NCBI GenBank assembly: GCA_963810275.1
Contig: CAWENF010000004.1
Coordinates: 40,906 to 104,905 of the forward strand
DNA: 64,000 nt
Reading direction: 5' to 3'
Source of the DNA: an uncultured archaeon
GTDB lineage: Archaea > Thermoproteota > Bathyarchaeia > Bathyarchaeales > Bathycorpusculaceae
Shown: positions 1 through 8,008 of the stretch, piece after piece
Numbering within the stretch: the first letter of the stretch is position 1
Layout: the number at the start of each line of letters is the position of its first letter
Program-made: the position numbers and the translations under genes
Notes under the pieces: generated by a model
Databases searched by the model: none
Seen by the model: the letters and a program-made list of their open reading frames with translations, nothing else
What the model was told of the DNA's origin: nothing

Positions 1-204
1 AAGATGATAGTTTTAGCTTCAAACTGTCCAAAAGACATAAAAGAACAAGTTGAGTACTATGGAGAAATCTCCAAAGTCCCCGTTATTACATACAAAGGCA
101 CTTCAATTGACCTCGCTGAAGTCTGTAGCAAACTCTTCATCATCTCCGCTATGAGTATACGGGAAACAGGGGACTCTGAAATTCTCAAAGTAATCGATCA
201 ATAA
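1..204 (+). CDS. rpl30e: 50S ribosomal protein L30e (5' part outside window)
   Basis: KMIVLASNCP...YKGTSIDLAEVC...AMSIRETGDSEIL matches L30e. It lies directly upstream of nusA, as in the archaeal RNA polymerase operon. Confidence 0.93.
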   Translation, partial: KMIVLASNCPKDIKEQVEYYGEISKVPVITYKGTSIDLAEVCSKLFIISAMSIRETGDSEILKVIDQ

Positions 205-231
205 AAATGGTAAAGGGAGGAGAAAAGTAAA

Positions 232-669
232 CTGACATCTGGCATAAAGATTACCTGCGACGAAATGCGCTACATAGCCCTCTTTGAAAGCATAAGTGGA
301 GCCAGCGTCAAAGACTGCATAATCGACGAAGAACAGGAACGAGCCATCTTCATAGTCAACCAAGGTCAAGTCGGCGTAGCGATAGGTAAAGGTGGACGCA
401 ATATCCACACTCTTGAACGCATGACCGGCAAGAAACATGAAATCATTGAGTTCAGCGAGGACCCAGCTACATTCATGAAAAACGCTCTTAAACCTGCTGC
501 AGTCAGAGAAATCCGCGTTAGCGAACGCACCGACGGTAAAAAGATGGCCGTAATAACTGTTAACCCTAAAGACAAGGGTGTCGCGATAGGTAAGAACGGC
601 AAGAACGCCGAGCGTTTGCGCTTTTTGGCAAAAAGGTACTTTGACATTCAGAACGTAAGCATCACCTAA
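232..669 (+). CDS. nusA: Archaeal NusA (KH-domain transcription elongation factor)
   Basis: Two KH GxxG motifs (GVAIGKGGRN, GVAIGKNGKN). The frame is open from 214, and a CTG at 232 follows GGAGG. The ORF-track ATG at 265 would drop the conserved N-terminus (TSGIKITCDE). Confidence 0.93.
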   Translation: MTSGIKITCDEMRYIALFESISGASVKDCIIDEEQERAIFIVNQGQVGVAIGKGGRNIHTLERMTGKKHEIIEFSEDPATFMKNALKPAAVREIRVSERTDGKKMAVITVNPKDKGVAIGKNGKNAERLRFLAKRYFDIQNVSIT

Positions 670-1125
670 GCCTACGCCGCACTGTCGGTTTGGCTAGGCG
701 ATGAAACGTCATTGAACGCAATATCATAGTAACAAGCCTGTTTCCTAAACCGTGAATTAGCTCTCTACTGTTTTAGCACGTGCCAGGTGATGTCGCTTTT
801 TTTCATTTTACTCTTTTACATAATTAAACACATATGACGCAGTATCAAACACCTATTTTTAGCTGAAAATCTGAATTATTCGATTAATAAATATCATTAA
901 ATGTGCCATTCAAGACCAGTTTTTCACTGTAGGTTTTGGATTTACAAAGTCTCCTGAAATAATGTTTTTTTTCCATAAACGAAGCAAATATCCAGTATTG
1001 TTTCCGTCTGTTTACCTTTTGTCAGCAATGTCTTATGAAATCTATACCTGACACATTTGAAAAAGAGGAAAGTTTAATACAAAAACACCTGCTATTAACA
1101 TTAGCTTGAAAGGTCGATAATTCAA

Positions 1126-1602
1126 ATGAAAACTGCGACAGTAATTTGGATTATTTTTGCAAGTATTTTTATAGGTATTTTCATAGTAGCAGGGCTCATA
1201 TATTTTGAAGTGCCTTCCAAATTCGTGAATCCATTAAATGATGGGAATATAGTAATTAATTATCAGACAGAAAAAGTATCTCAGTATGAAGGCAGCTACA
1301 TTATAGAACCAAAAGTTGGTTATACATTTTTGAAAGTGGACCTTTTTGTAGAGAACAATGGATACAACGAATTTTATTCAGGTTGTTTGAGTGATTTGTC
1401 CTTAAATGCAGATAATGTAGAATATCATTGTTGTTCTCGGGTATCACACAATAATTACAATTTTCTTCCAACTACATTATCAAAGGGTGGTTCTTGGAAT
1501 GGAACCATTGTGTATGAAATTCCAGCATATACATTAGAGTATTATTTGTATGTTAACGATCATTTGACTGATTATAAAATTGTGTTTAACTGTTTAGATT
1601 AG
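1126..1602 (+). CDS. DUF4352-like membrane-anchored extracellular protein
   Basis: N-terminal TM helix, then YTFLKVDLFVENNG...TLSKGGSWNGTIVYEIP, typical of the DUF4352 Ig-like domain. The DNA is AT-rich. Confidence 0.65.
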   Translation: MKTATVIWIIFASIFIGIFIVAGLIYFEVPSKFVNPLNDGNIVINYQTEKVSQYEGSYIIEPKVGYTFLKVDLFVENNGYNEFYSGCLSDLSLNADNVEYHCCSRVSHNNYNFLPTTLSKGGSWNGTIVYEIPAYTLEYYLYVNDHLTDYKIVFNCLD

Positions 1603-1612
1603 AGTGTATTTT

Positions 1613-1735
1613 GTCTGCTACGAATCCTTTCAGACGACGGTCAAACGTCTTGATCGCCGTAGCGATGGCCCCTTAAGGGTACCACGCACTCCTCCTCGAC
1701 ACAACGACAACTGGTCACCGAACAATTTGACCATC
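1613..1735 (-). ncRNA. Candidate structured RNA or hairpin element (unassigned)
   Basis: A GC-rich patch in AT-rich DNA. Nested stems GATGGTCAAAT/GTTTGACCGTC, GTTGTCGT/ACGGCGAT and TGGT-CCC/GGG-GCCA need G-U pairs that are available only on the minus strand. Confidence 0.3.
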
Positions 1736-1786
1736 TATAAAAATATTAAAATAAATTCATTAAAAAAAGGAAAAAGCATCGTGCCT

Positions 1787-2176
1787 CTATACATGTAAAG
1801 TTACTTCTATGTTAGCACTTAAGGGAACATCGAAAGAGTTGCCATATAAGTAAAAGTCGGCATACGATGTAGCTACAATAATTGTAAATTCCATCGTAGA
1901 GTTCCAACTACCAGACGTAGTATCTTCATTTAGTGAAATTACAGCAGTTCCATTATCTTTTGTATTGACCCAACTAGTTTTAGCGGTAGCATCTTTCGGA
2001 TTTGTTCCCTCGTAGAGCATAACATCAGCATCTCTGACAGGGTTACCTGTTGAATCCACAACTTTGACAAATACTTGGGCTTCTCTTGGTGTCATAGCAG
2101 CAAGAACAGGTGCAACAATCGCAATCACTACTGAAATCGCCAGAAGTGCAGTAAGAGCTATTCCTATTTCTTTCAT
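1787..2176 (-). CDS. Secreted hypothetical protein with a carboxypeptidase-regulatory-like (prealbumin) fold
   Basis: Signal peptide followed by the pattern VKVVDSTGNPVRDADVML...TKDNGTA. Confidence 0.6.
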   Translation of the reverse strand: MKEIGIALTALLAISVVIAIVAPVLAAMTPREAQVFVKVVDSTGNPVRDADVMLYEGTNPKDATAKTSWVNTKDNGTAVISLNEDTTSGSWNSTMEFTIIVATSYADFYLYGNSFDVPLSANIEVTLHV

Positions 2177-2558
2177 CTATTCACCCTCTAAGACGATATT
2201 TCTCTAGTAATTGCCTATGCATTAAAGTGATATTCCAGAAATGGTAGTATATCTATTAGCTAATCTGAAATATCCTAAATCTATGCGGCAAATTCTCCTC
2301 GAGTTCGATATGCACTTAATCGCAATTTAGAAATCAACTGGTTCAGTTGAATGATTTAGGATTAGGCTGATCAGTAAAGAATTTTCTTTAAGGCAATCGC
2401 CCAATAAATTAACTTTTTCAGGCACAGTAGAAACCCCTAATTCGCAATAAAAAAGAAAGGGATAAAAATTGCGAGAGATTTCGCCATTTTTCTCCGTTTT
2501 AGTTAAATAAGAGACTAATCCACTACTATTTTCTAACAATAGAGGCAAATAATTAATC

Positions 2559-4478
2559 ATGCTTATCCAGGAACTTATTGTCGAGAACTTTATGAGTTAT
2601 GAGTACGCTCGCGTGCCATTTAAATCGGGCGTCAACATAATTGGGGGACCGAATGGTGCAGGCAAATCTAGTCTGCTACTTGCCATATCGGTGGGTTTGG
2701 GGCAGACCAGCACCGAGCGCAGCCGCAAACTTAGCGACCTAATCCGATGGGGCCAAGACCAAGCCCGCGTCACACTCATTTTAGATAATCAAAAACAGGG
2801 TGCAAGAAGACCTGAACAAAAATACAACAAAGACCATCTCTTCCTAACACGGTTTTTGCGCAGAGACGGCAAATACTGGTTTGAACTCGAAAACAAAGTC
2901 GCCAGCAAACAGGACGTGGAACGCTTGTTGGGCAAGTTCGGTGTGGACCCAAACAATATGCTAATCATAATGCACCAGAATATGGTGGAACAGTTTAGTG
3001 TGCAAAGTAACGTCACCAAACTTCACATGGTAGAAGAAGCCGTGGGTTTGGAGCCTTTCCGCGAGAACGTTGTGCAAGCAAAAACAAAACTAACTCGCAT
3101 CCTCACTCAGGAGGAATCTGTTGGGAAACTGCTTGAGCAGGCAGAGCAGACACTCAACTACTGGCGCGAGCAGTACGAGAAGTTTCAGGAGAAAAAGCAG
3201 CTTCAACTCAAACGACGTTTTCTTGACCGCGAATTATTATGGGCTGAGGTGGAACGACGAGAAACCATCGTAAAGGCGTTGCAGACTAACCATAACAAGA
3301 CGCAGGTTGCATTGGCTAAAATCGAGGACGAACGACAATCCCTAATTGGTGAGTTGGACGGGCACCAGACCCAGCAGAAGACGCTTCGCAGCCAAATGCG
3401 GGGCTTGTTTGATGAGCGGCTGGATTTGGAGAGAAGAATCGCTCAGAACCAGTCGCAGTTTTCGCTCGTGGAGCAGTTGATATCCGAAGCCGAGATGCTT
3501 GAAAAAGTCGTTGACACCAGCCTGTTTAAGCTGCTACGGGTTGATAGCCTGCGCGAAATGCTTGAGGTATCTCAAAAGCAAATAAAGACAACAACAGAAC
3601 AGATTCAGGATAACCAGTCCAAACTCCAAAAGCTGGAAACAAACACCGATAAAATTGCCGCTTACTCACTGGATAAACGGGTAACCATTGCCCTTTTAAA
3701 TTTCCGCCGCGACCGAGCAGTAAAAGACCGTGAAAACACCGAAAAACAGCTAAAAGAGGTGCAGGACAACCTTGCCGCTGCAGTTGCAAAAGCACAGGAA
3801 TCGGGCGAACGCATAGCAGTGCTAAAATCCACCTCTGAAATCCAGGAGGAAATGGGCTTAACCGATGGCCACCTTCAAGCGTTGCAGGGTGTATCGGAGG
3901 AGATTGAGCGCCAATATGAGTCATACTCCAAACTGTATTTGGAGCTTAAGGAGAAGGCGCAGTTGGTGGCTGAGAACCGCGAGAAGACTCTTGAGGAAGT
4001 GAAGACTCGGTTTGTGGCTTGGCGCAGTGTTATGGAAAACCTCATTGACCGTGTGAATGTGGAATACCAGCGCATAATGAGCCAAACCCTTGCCACAGGC
4101 GAGGTGTTACTGTCGAACCCTCAGGACATCGAAACTGCCGGGCTAGAAATCTATGTTGGCTTCAAAGGTAGCAAACCAGTCGCGTTGGACGCCTACACGC
4201 AGAGTGGCGGTGAACGTACAACCGCTACCATGGGCTTTCTACTTGCTTTACAGCAGCATGTGCGTAGTCCCTTCCGAGCAGTGGACGAATATGACATCCA
4301 CATGGACCCCAAAAACCGGGAAATGATAGCCAAAGTCCTTGTAGCAATTATTAAAGACGCTGCCTCGCAGTACGTCGTCATCACGCCCAGCCAAATAACA
4401 TTTGCCCAACGCGACGCAAACGTCATAACAGTGCAGAACTTGGAGGGCAAATCCGCAGTGCGCGAGGTGGTCAACTAA
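2559..4478 (+). CDS. SMC-family ATPase, SMC5/6-related (short, 639 aa)
   Basis: ENFMSY; Walker A GPNGAGKS; Q-loop MHQ; long coiled coil; signature QSGGER; Walker B/D-loop SPFRAVDEYDIHMD; VITP. Confidence 0.92.
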   Translation: MLIQELIVENFMSYEYARVPFKSGVNIIGGPNGAGKSSLLLAISVGLGQTSTERSRKLSDLIRWGQDQARVTLILDNQKQGARRPEQKYNKDHLFLTRFLRRDGKYWFELENKVASKQDVERLLGKFGVDPNNMLIIMHQNMVEQFSVQSNVTKLHMVEEAVGLEPFRENVVQAKTKLTRILTQEESVGKLLEQAEQTLNYWREQYEKFQEKKQLQLKRRFLDRELLWAEVERRETIVKALQTNHNKTQVALAKIEDERQSLIGELDGHQTQQKTLRSQMRGLFDERLDLERRIAQNQSQFSLVEQLISEAEMLEKVVDTSLFKLLRVDSLREMLEVSQKQIKTTTEQIQDNQSKLQKLETNTDKIAAYSLDKRVTIALLNFRRDRAVKDRENTEKQLKEVQDNLAAAVAKAQESGERIAVLKSTSEIQEEMGLTDGHLQALQGVSEEIERQYESYSKLYLELKEKAQLVAENREKTLEEVKTRFVAWRSVMENLIDRVNVEYQRIMSQTLATGEVLLSNPQDIETAGLEIYVGFKGSKPVALDAYTQSGGERTTATMGFLLALQQHVRSPFRAVDEYDIHMDPKNREMIAKVLVAIIKDAASQYVVITPSQITFAQRDANVITVQNLEGKSAVREVVN

Positions 4479-5303
4479 TGACGTCAAAAGAATCGCATGA
4501 GAAGCGTGTGGGCAAAGAGCGCCTGCAAGTTATCATCGACATGTGCACTGCGATTGAAACCCGTCAAGTTGATCCCTTCACGCTAAACGTTGACGACATC
4601 ATCGGTGTGGTGCAACAATATTTTCCTCACTGGAACCATCTTGAGGAGCTTAAACTCGACGCCGAAGCACTCCACCACCTTGCGTCTGTAGTGAAGATAC
4701 AGAGCGAATGGGTTAAGCACCGCTCTACCTCACTCTACACCGACCCTTTTCTGCTGGAAGAGAAAGATTCGCCAGACCAGCAAGCAAGGAATGCTTGACG
4801 TGTTCGCCTCCGCTTGGACACCTCTGGTGGAGTCTGAGCAGCTCACCCTAAACGCTTTGTCGCAGGGTCTGTTGTACTGGGAGGCACTGCCGCCTTTGGG
4901 CAACCGCTGGAAAGACATCAACGTCTCCGCAGTGGATGCGGGGCAAGTTAGCCGCGATGAGTTGGTTAAGCAGCGGGTGTTGGGCGAACGCGAATTCGGC
5001 GAGGAACTTGACTGCTACTGGCGCCAACTTAAAGACAAAGCGGCTGAGCACGGCGGAAAAATAGCGTATTGGGATTTTATCGGTGCTGCCACGTATGAGG
5101 AGACGGTTCAACGTGCTTTTCTCACAGCTTTCCTAGTAACATATGGGTATGCCACGCTGGAAGTTGACAGACTCGAAGAAACTATCACAATCATTCCACT
5201 GGAAACCCCCAGAACCGAAGCCCTATCTGTGCAGTCAACCTCCGTCCCAATTGCGGTCTCGGTGGAGGACTATCAGAACTGGAGAGAAGGAAAACAATCA
5301 TGA
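4478..5303 (+). CDS. Kleisin (ScpA/Nse4-like), split by a probable +1 A sequencing error near 4765
   Basis: ORFs 4478-4798 and 4791-5303 join (EEKIRQTSKQGMLDVF) if one A is removed from GAGAAAG. N-terminal kleisin helices (VDPFTLNVDDII...LDAEAL) and a C-terminal winged helix (YWDFIG...TVQRAFLTAFLVTYG). The start overlaps the smc stop (TAATG). Confidence 0.8.
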
Positions 5304-5911
5304 GTACCCGCAAAAAAGGAGTATATGCAGGCAAAATCAAAAAAGCCACTCAGATGCTGTTCTATAAGCGCCACGCTAAACCTGGCGTGAAGGGCTGGGA
5401 ACTCCACAAGGCGCTGGGCAGCGATTACCCTAAGGTGCTTGACGTCTTGGATGATTACCTAAAACCGATGGATTTGCAGGTTAAAACCGTTTTTGAGGAG
5501 GAAAAAACCCCCGAGAAGCCATCGATGGAAGAGCTAGATACAGCCCGTTTCTTTATCGCCCTACGCGACGTGGCTACAAAGGACAAGTTGATGGGCTGGC
5601 GAGTTGATGACCTCGCAGGCTTAGCAGTCACAATAAGCTACATAGTCGCTAAAAAGGGTCAGGCGCCAAGAAAAGACGTCGAGAAGCTGTTGAGTGAGAA
5701 AATCGCTAACTGGAAAGTCGGCTTAAACCTTGACCGCTACATCCGAAACGGCTACCTATCTCAAGACGACAAAGGGCAACTGTATTTGGATTGGCGCACG
5801 CGGGCTGAGGTGGACCAGAAGAAACTGATTGACATGCTGCTTTCGGCCGAAAAACAGGGTTCTGCTAACGAGGCGGATGCCGGCTCCTCTGGTTTGGGCG
5901 CTGAAGACTAA
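5300..5911 (+). CDS. KITE tandem winged-helix subunit (Nse3/MAGE- or Nse1-like)
   Basis: About 200 aa with two winged-helix-like halves, ending LDRYIRNGYL...LYLDWRTRAEV. ATGA overlap with the kleisin stop; third gene of the smc operon. Confidence 0.72.
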   Translation: MSTRKKGVYAGKIKKATQMLFYKRHAKPGVKGWELHKALGSDYPKVLDVLDDYLKPMDLQVKTVFEEEKTPEKPSMEELDTARFFIALRDVATKDKLMGWRVDDLAGLAVTISYIVAKKGQAPRKDVEKLLSEKIANWKVGLNLDRYIRNGYLSQDDKGQLYLDWRTRAEVDQKKLIDMLLSAEKQGSANEADAGSSGLGAED

Positions 5912-5913
5912 GC

Positions 5914-5936
5914 GCTTTTTTTGTTTCTTTTCTTCT
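5914..5936 (+). terminator. T-rich archaeal terminator after the smc operon
   Basis: GCTTTTTTTGTTTCTTTTCTTCT immediately after the stop codon. Confidence 0.5.
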
Positions 5937-6003
5937 CAAAAAATATAACATGATAAATTTTAAATATATTTATGAACAGCTTAGGCTTAAGCAGGCTCAC
6001 TAA

Positions 6004-6585
6004 ATGGCTAAAACTTGGACAAAAAACGACCTAATCTTAGGAGTAATCCTCCCCATAATCGTAGTCTTCGTAATCGTGCTAATCTCAAAAATCCCCTCCC
6101 TAATCGGCGGCGAACCCGGCTTAGCCATCGGGTTAACCATGGAACTCCTCGAGTTAGTCGTCATAGTTGGCGTTCCCCTATCTTTGGGGCTTTTGTGGAA
6201 CCAGTGGGCAGGTGGAGCAAGCGGTTTCCTCATGGGCACTTTCTATGCACTCTACTGGCAAAACAGCTTTCACGGCATACCAGGTTCAGGCACCGTTCTG
6301 TTAGCCTACATCTTAAGCCCCATGCTAATTGGCTACATGGCAGGCTCCCTAAACCACCGCTCCGACAACTTCAAACGCGTTTTAATCTCCAGTGTAGTTG
6401 CTTCAACCATCGGCGGATTTGTGCTCTTTGGAATTTTTCAGATGTCAACAGCAAATGTTGTTACTGGCTGGGATGGGCTGGCCTTGACTGTCTTGGCTAG
6501 AATTATCGCTGCATTGCTAACAGCTGTGGTGGTCAAAATTTTCTTCTGGTATGGGATGGGTGCTCAAAAACATCCAGTTTCTTGA
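6004..6585 (+). CDS. Integral membrane protein (possibly ECF S-component-like)
   Basis: Five to six hydrophobic helices; LGLLWNQWAGGASGFLMG resembles an S-component motif; an upstream TATA-like TTTAAATA is present. Confidence 0.55.
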   Translation: MAKTWTKNDLILGVILPIIVVFVIVLISKIPSLIGGEPGLAIGLTMELLELVVIVGVPLSLGLLWNQWAGGASGFLMGTFYALYWQNSFHGIPGSGTVLLAYILSPMLIGYMAGSLNHRSDNFKRVLISSVVASTIGGFVLFGIFQMSTANVVTGWDGLALTVLARIIAALLTAVVVKIFFWYGMGAQKHPVS

Positions 6586-6767
6586 CTTCGAGGAAAGTGG
6601 TTTGTTTGGAAAAAATATTTTGTGACAAAAAAACATGCATTAATTATAAGAATGGTTACTGTTATTTGAAAAATCCTGAAAAAGTCGGTACAGACTGCCT
6701 TGAATACAAGGATGCCTTAGATTTTCTTAGGCTAAAAGCGGATGCAGTACGAGGTACTCTTGGCTAA
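6582..6767 (+). CDS. Small Cys-rich protein (DUF1540-like)
   Basis: C-x4-C-x7-C-x11-C pattern (CDKKTCINYKNGYCYL...DCLEY). The true start may be the GTG or TTG a few codons downstream. Confidence 0.5.
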   Translation: MTSRKVVCLEKIFCDKKTCINYKNGYCYLKNPEKVGTDCLEYKDALDFLRLKADAVRGTLG

Positions 6768-6780
6768 ATGTCTTTTGCAT

Positions 6781-7266
6781 TTATTTTTGGTTTATTGTTG
6801 TGGGTTCAGCAAAATACTTTGTTATCCACGTTTTGATTTCTTCCCTTGCTTTTCGGAAAGCTGCGAGCTTTTCTTCTTCGGAGCCCTCCACCTCTGAAGG
6901 ATCAACAAAGCCGTGAACGATGTAATTTTTGGTTTTATGCAGCCTCGAAGTGATAATGGCGGGTTTTCCTACGGTCATGGGCGAGTTGCACAGGGCACAA
7001 AGTGTTTTAGCGCTGCTTTTACACACGGAGACGGCGAGATCAATTTCGGTCTCTCCGAATTCATCGATGCTTTTGGAGTACTGTTTCGAAATGTCCATGC
7101 CTATTTCTGCCATAACTGTCACGGCGAGGGGGTTGATTTGCGTGGGGCTGGTCCCAGCGCTGTACACGTTGTATTTGTCGCCAAAAACGTGGCGCAGAAG
7201 ACCTTCTGCCATTTGAGAACGGGCAGAGTTGTGAGTGCAGATGAAGAGGATTTTGGTTTTACTCAA
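6781..7266 (-). CDS. arsC: Arsenate reductase (thioredoxin-coupled LMW-PTP type)
   Basis: P-loop CTHNSARSQMAEG, YSAGT, DP motif and downstream Cys residues. Confidence 0.9.
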   Translation of the reverse strand: MSKTKILFICTHNSARSQMAEGLLRHVFGDKYNVYSAGTSPTQINPLAVTVMAEIGMDISKQYSKSIDEFGETEIDLAVSVCKSSAKTLCALCNSPMTVGKPAIITSRLHKTKNYIVHGFVDPSEVEGSEEEKLAAFRKAREEIKTWITKYFAEPTTINQK

Positions 7267-7275
7267 CGCTCATGC

Positions 7276-7557
7276 CTATGCTTTAGGCTTTAATTTGTCG
7301 ATTAATGCTTTCGTTTCTTGTTCATCGGGGTGCGTGATGGCGCCAGCGGGGCAGATGGTTTCACACCCGTGGCAGAATACTACGCAGCGGTTGGGGTTTA
7401 CTACAGTGCGTTTTTTTCCGTTTTGTTCTTCGGTTCGGAAGGCTTTGGTGTGGCAGAACTCTACGCATTTGCCGCAGGCGGTGCATTTAGCGGCGTCGAT
7501 TTGGGGGTCCCATGGGATTTGGTTGCGGGGGATTCCTTGGTAGTGTGTTTCTGTCAT
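7276..7557 (-). CDS. 2x[4Fe-4S] ferredoxin-like protein (ars-associated)
   Basis: CTACGKCVEFC and CVVFCHGCETICP motifs; lies between arsR and arsC. Confidence 0.85.
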   Translation of the reverse strand: MTETHYQGIPRNQIPWDPQIDAAKCTACGKCVEFCHTKAFRTEEQNGKKRTVVNPNRCVVFCHGCETICPAGAITHPDEQETKALIDKLKPKA

Positions 7558-7577
7558 GTGTTTTTCACACACCTACA

Positions 7578-7613
7578 ATATTCATAACAACTTTTAAATA
7601 TTGTTATAAATAT
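7578..7613. promoter_or_regulatory. Inverted repeat, probable ArsR operator over divergent promoters
   Basis: ATATTCATAACAA-N10-TTGTTATAAATAT (13-bp arms, one mismatch) with a central TTTAAATA, between divergent arsR and fdx-arsC. Confidence 0.6.
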
Positions 7614-7615
7614 AT

Positions 7616-7951
7616 GTGAAAACCATGCCGTTAACAACCCAAAACCTAAGCCGCTTCAAAGCCAACATCCACCACGCCTTGGCCGACCCTATACGTCTCG
7701 AAATTCTCGCTTACCTTCGAGACGGCGAAAAATGTGTCTGTGAAATAGTGCCACATCTGGGTCTCGTTCAGCCTCTCGTTTCGAGGCACCTAAAAATTCT
7801 CAAAGATGCTGGAGTGGTTAGCTGCCGAAAAGATGGAACAAAACGAATGTATGCCATAGTAGACCAACGAATATTCAATGCCATCGATGCATTAACTCCG
7901 GAGCTAATGAGTGGACTGACAAAAGCAAAATTAGAAAATGTAATTCGCTAA
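7616..7951 (+). CDS. arsR: ArsR/SmtB transcriptional repressor
   Basis: ALADPIRLEIL, metal/As-binding EKCVCEI, and QPLVSRHLKILK. Confidence 0.9.
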   Translation: MKTMPLTTQNLSRFKANIHHALADPIRLEILAYLRDGEKCVCEIVPHLGLVQPLVSRHLKILKDAGVVSCRKDGTKRMYAIVDQRIFNAIDALTPELMSGLTKAKLENVIR

Positions 7952-8008
7952 AATGCAGCTGTCTGAGTATTTACATAACATTAACCGTTAGAAAAGGATG
8001 TAAAAAAA

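Noticed and set aside
695-750. Fluoride (crcB) riboswitch-like start GGCGATGAAACGTCATTGAACGC...GTTTCCTA
   Set aside because: The loop is too short, the conserved UAAUG/UGAUG before the pseudoknot strand is missing, and no fluoride-related gene follows.
1636-1735. Integron attC site interpretation of the hairpin
   Set aside because: The ends do not fit RYYYAAC/GTTRRRY, the flanking genes are convergent, and no integrase or second site is present.
2559-5911. Wadjet (JetABCD/MksBEFG) or Rad50-Mre11 interpretation
   Set aside because: There is no JetD/Toprim nuclease or Mre11 nearby, the gene order is SMC-first, there is no zinc hook, and the head motifs are SMC5/6-like.
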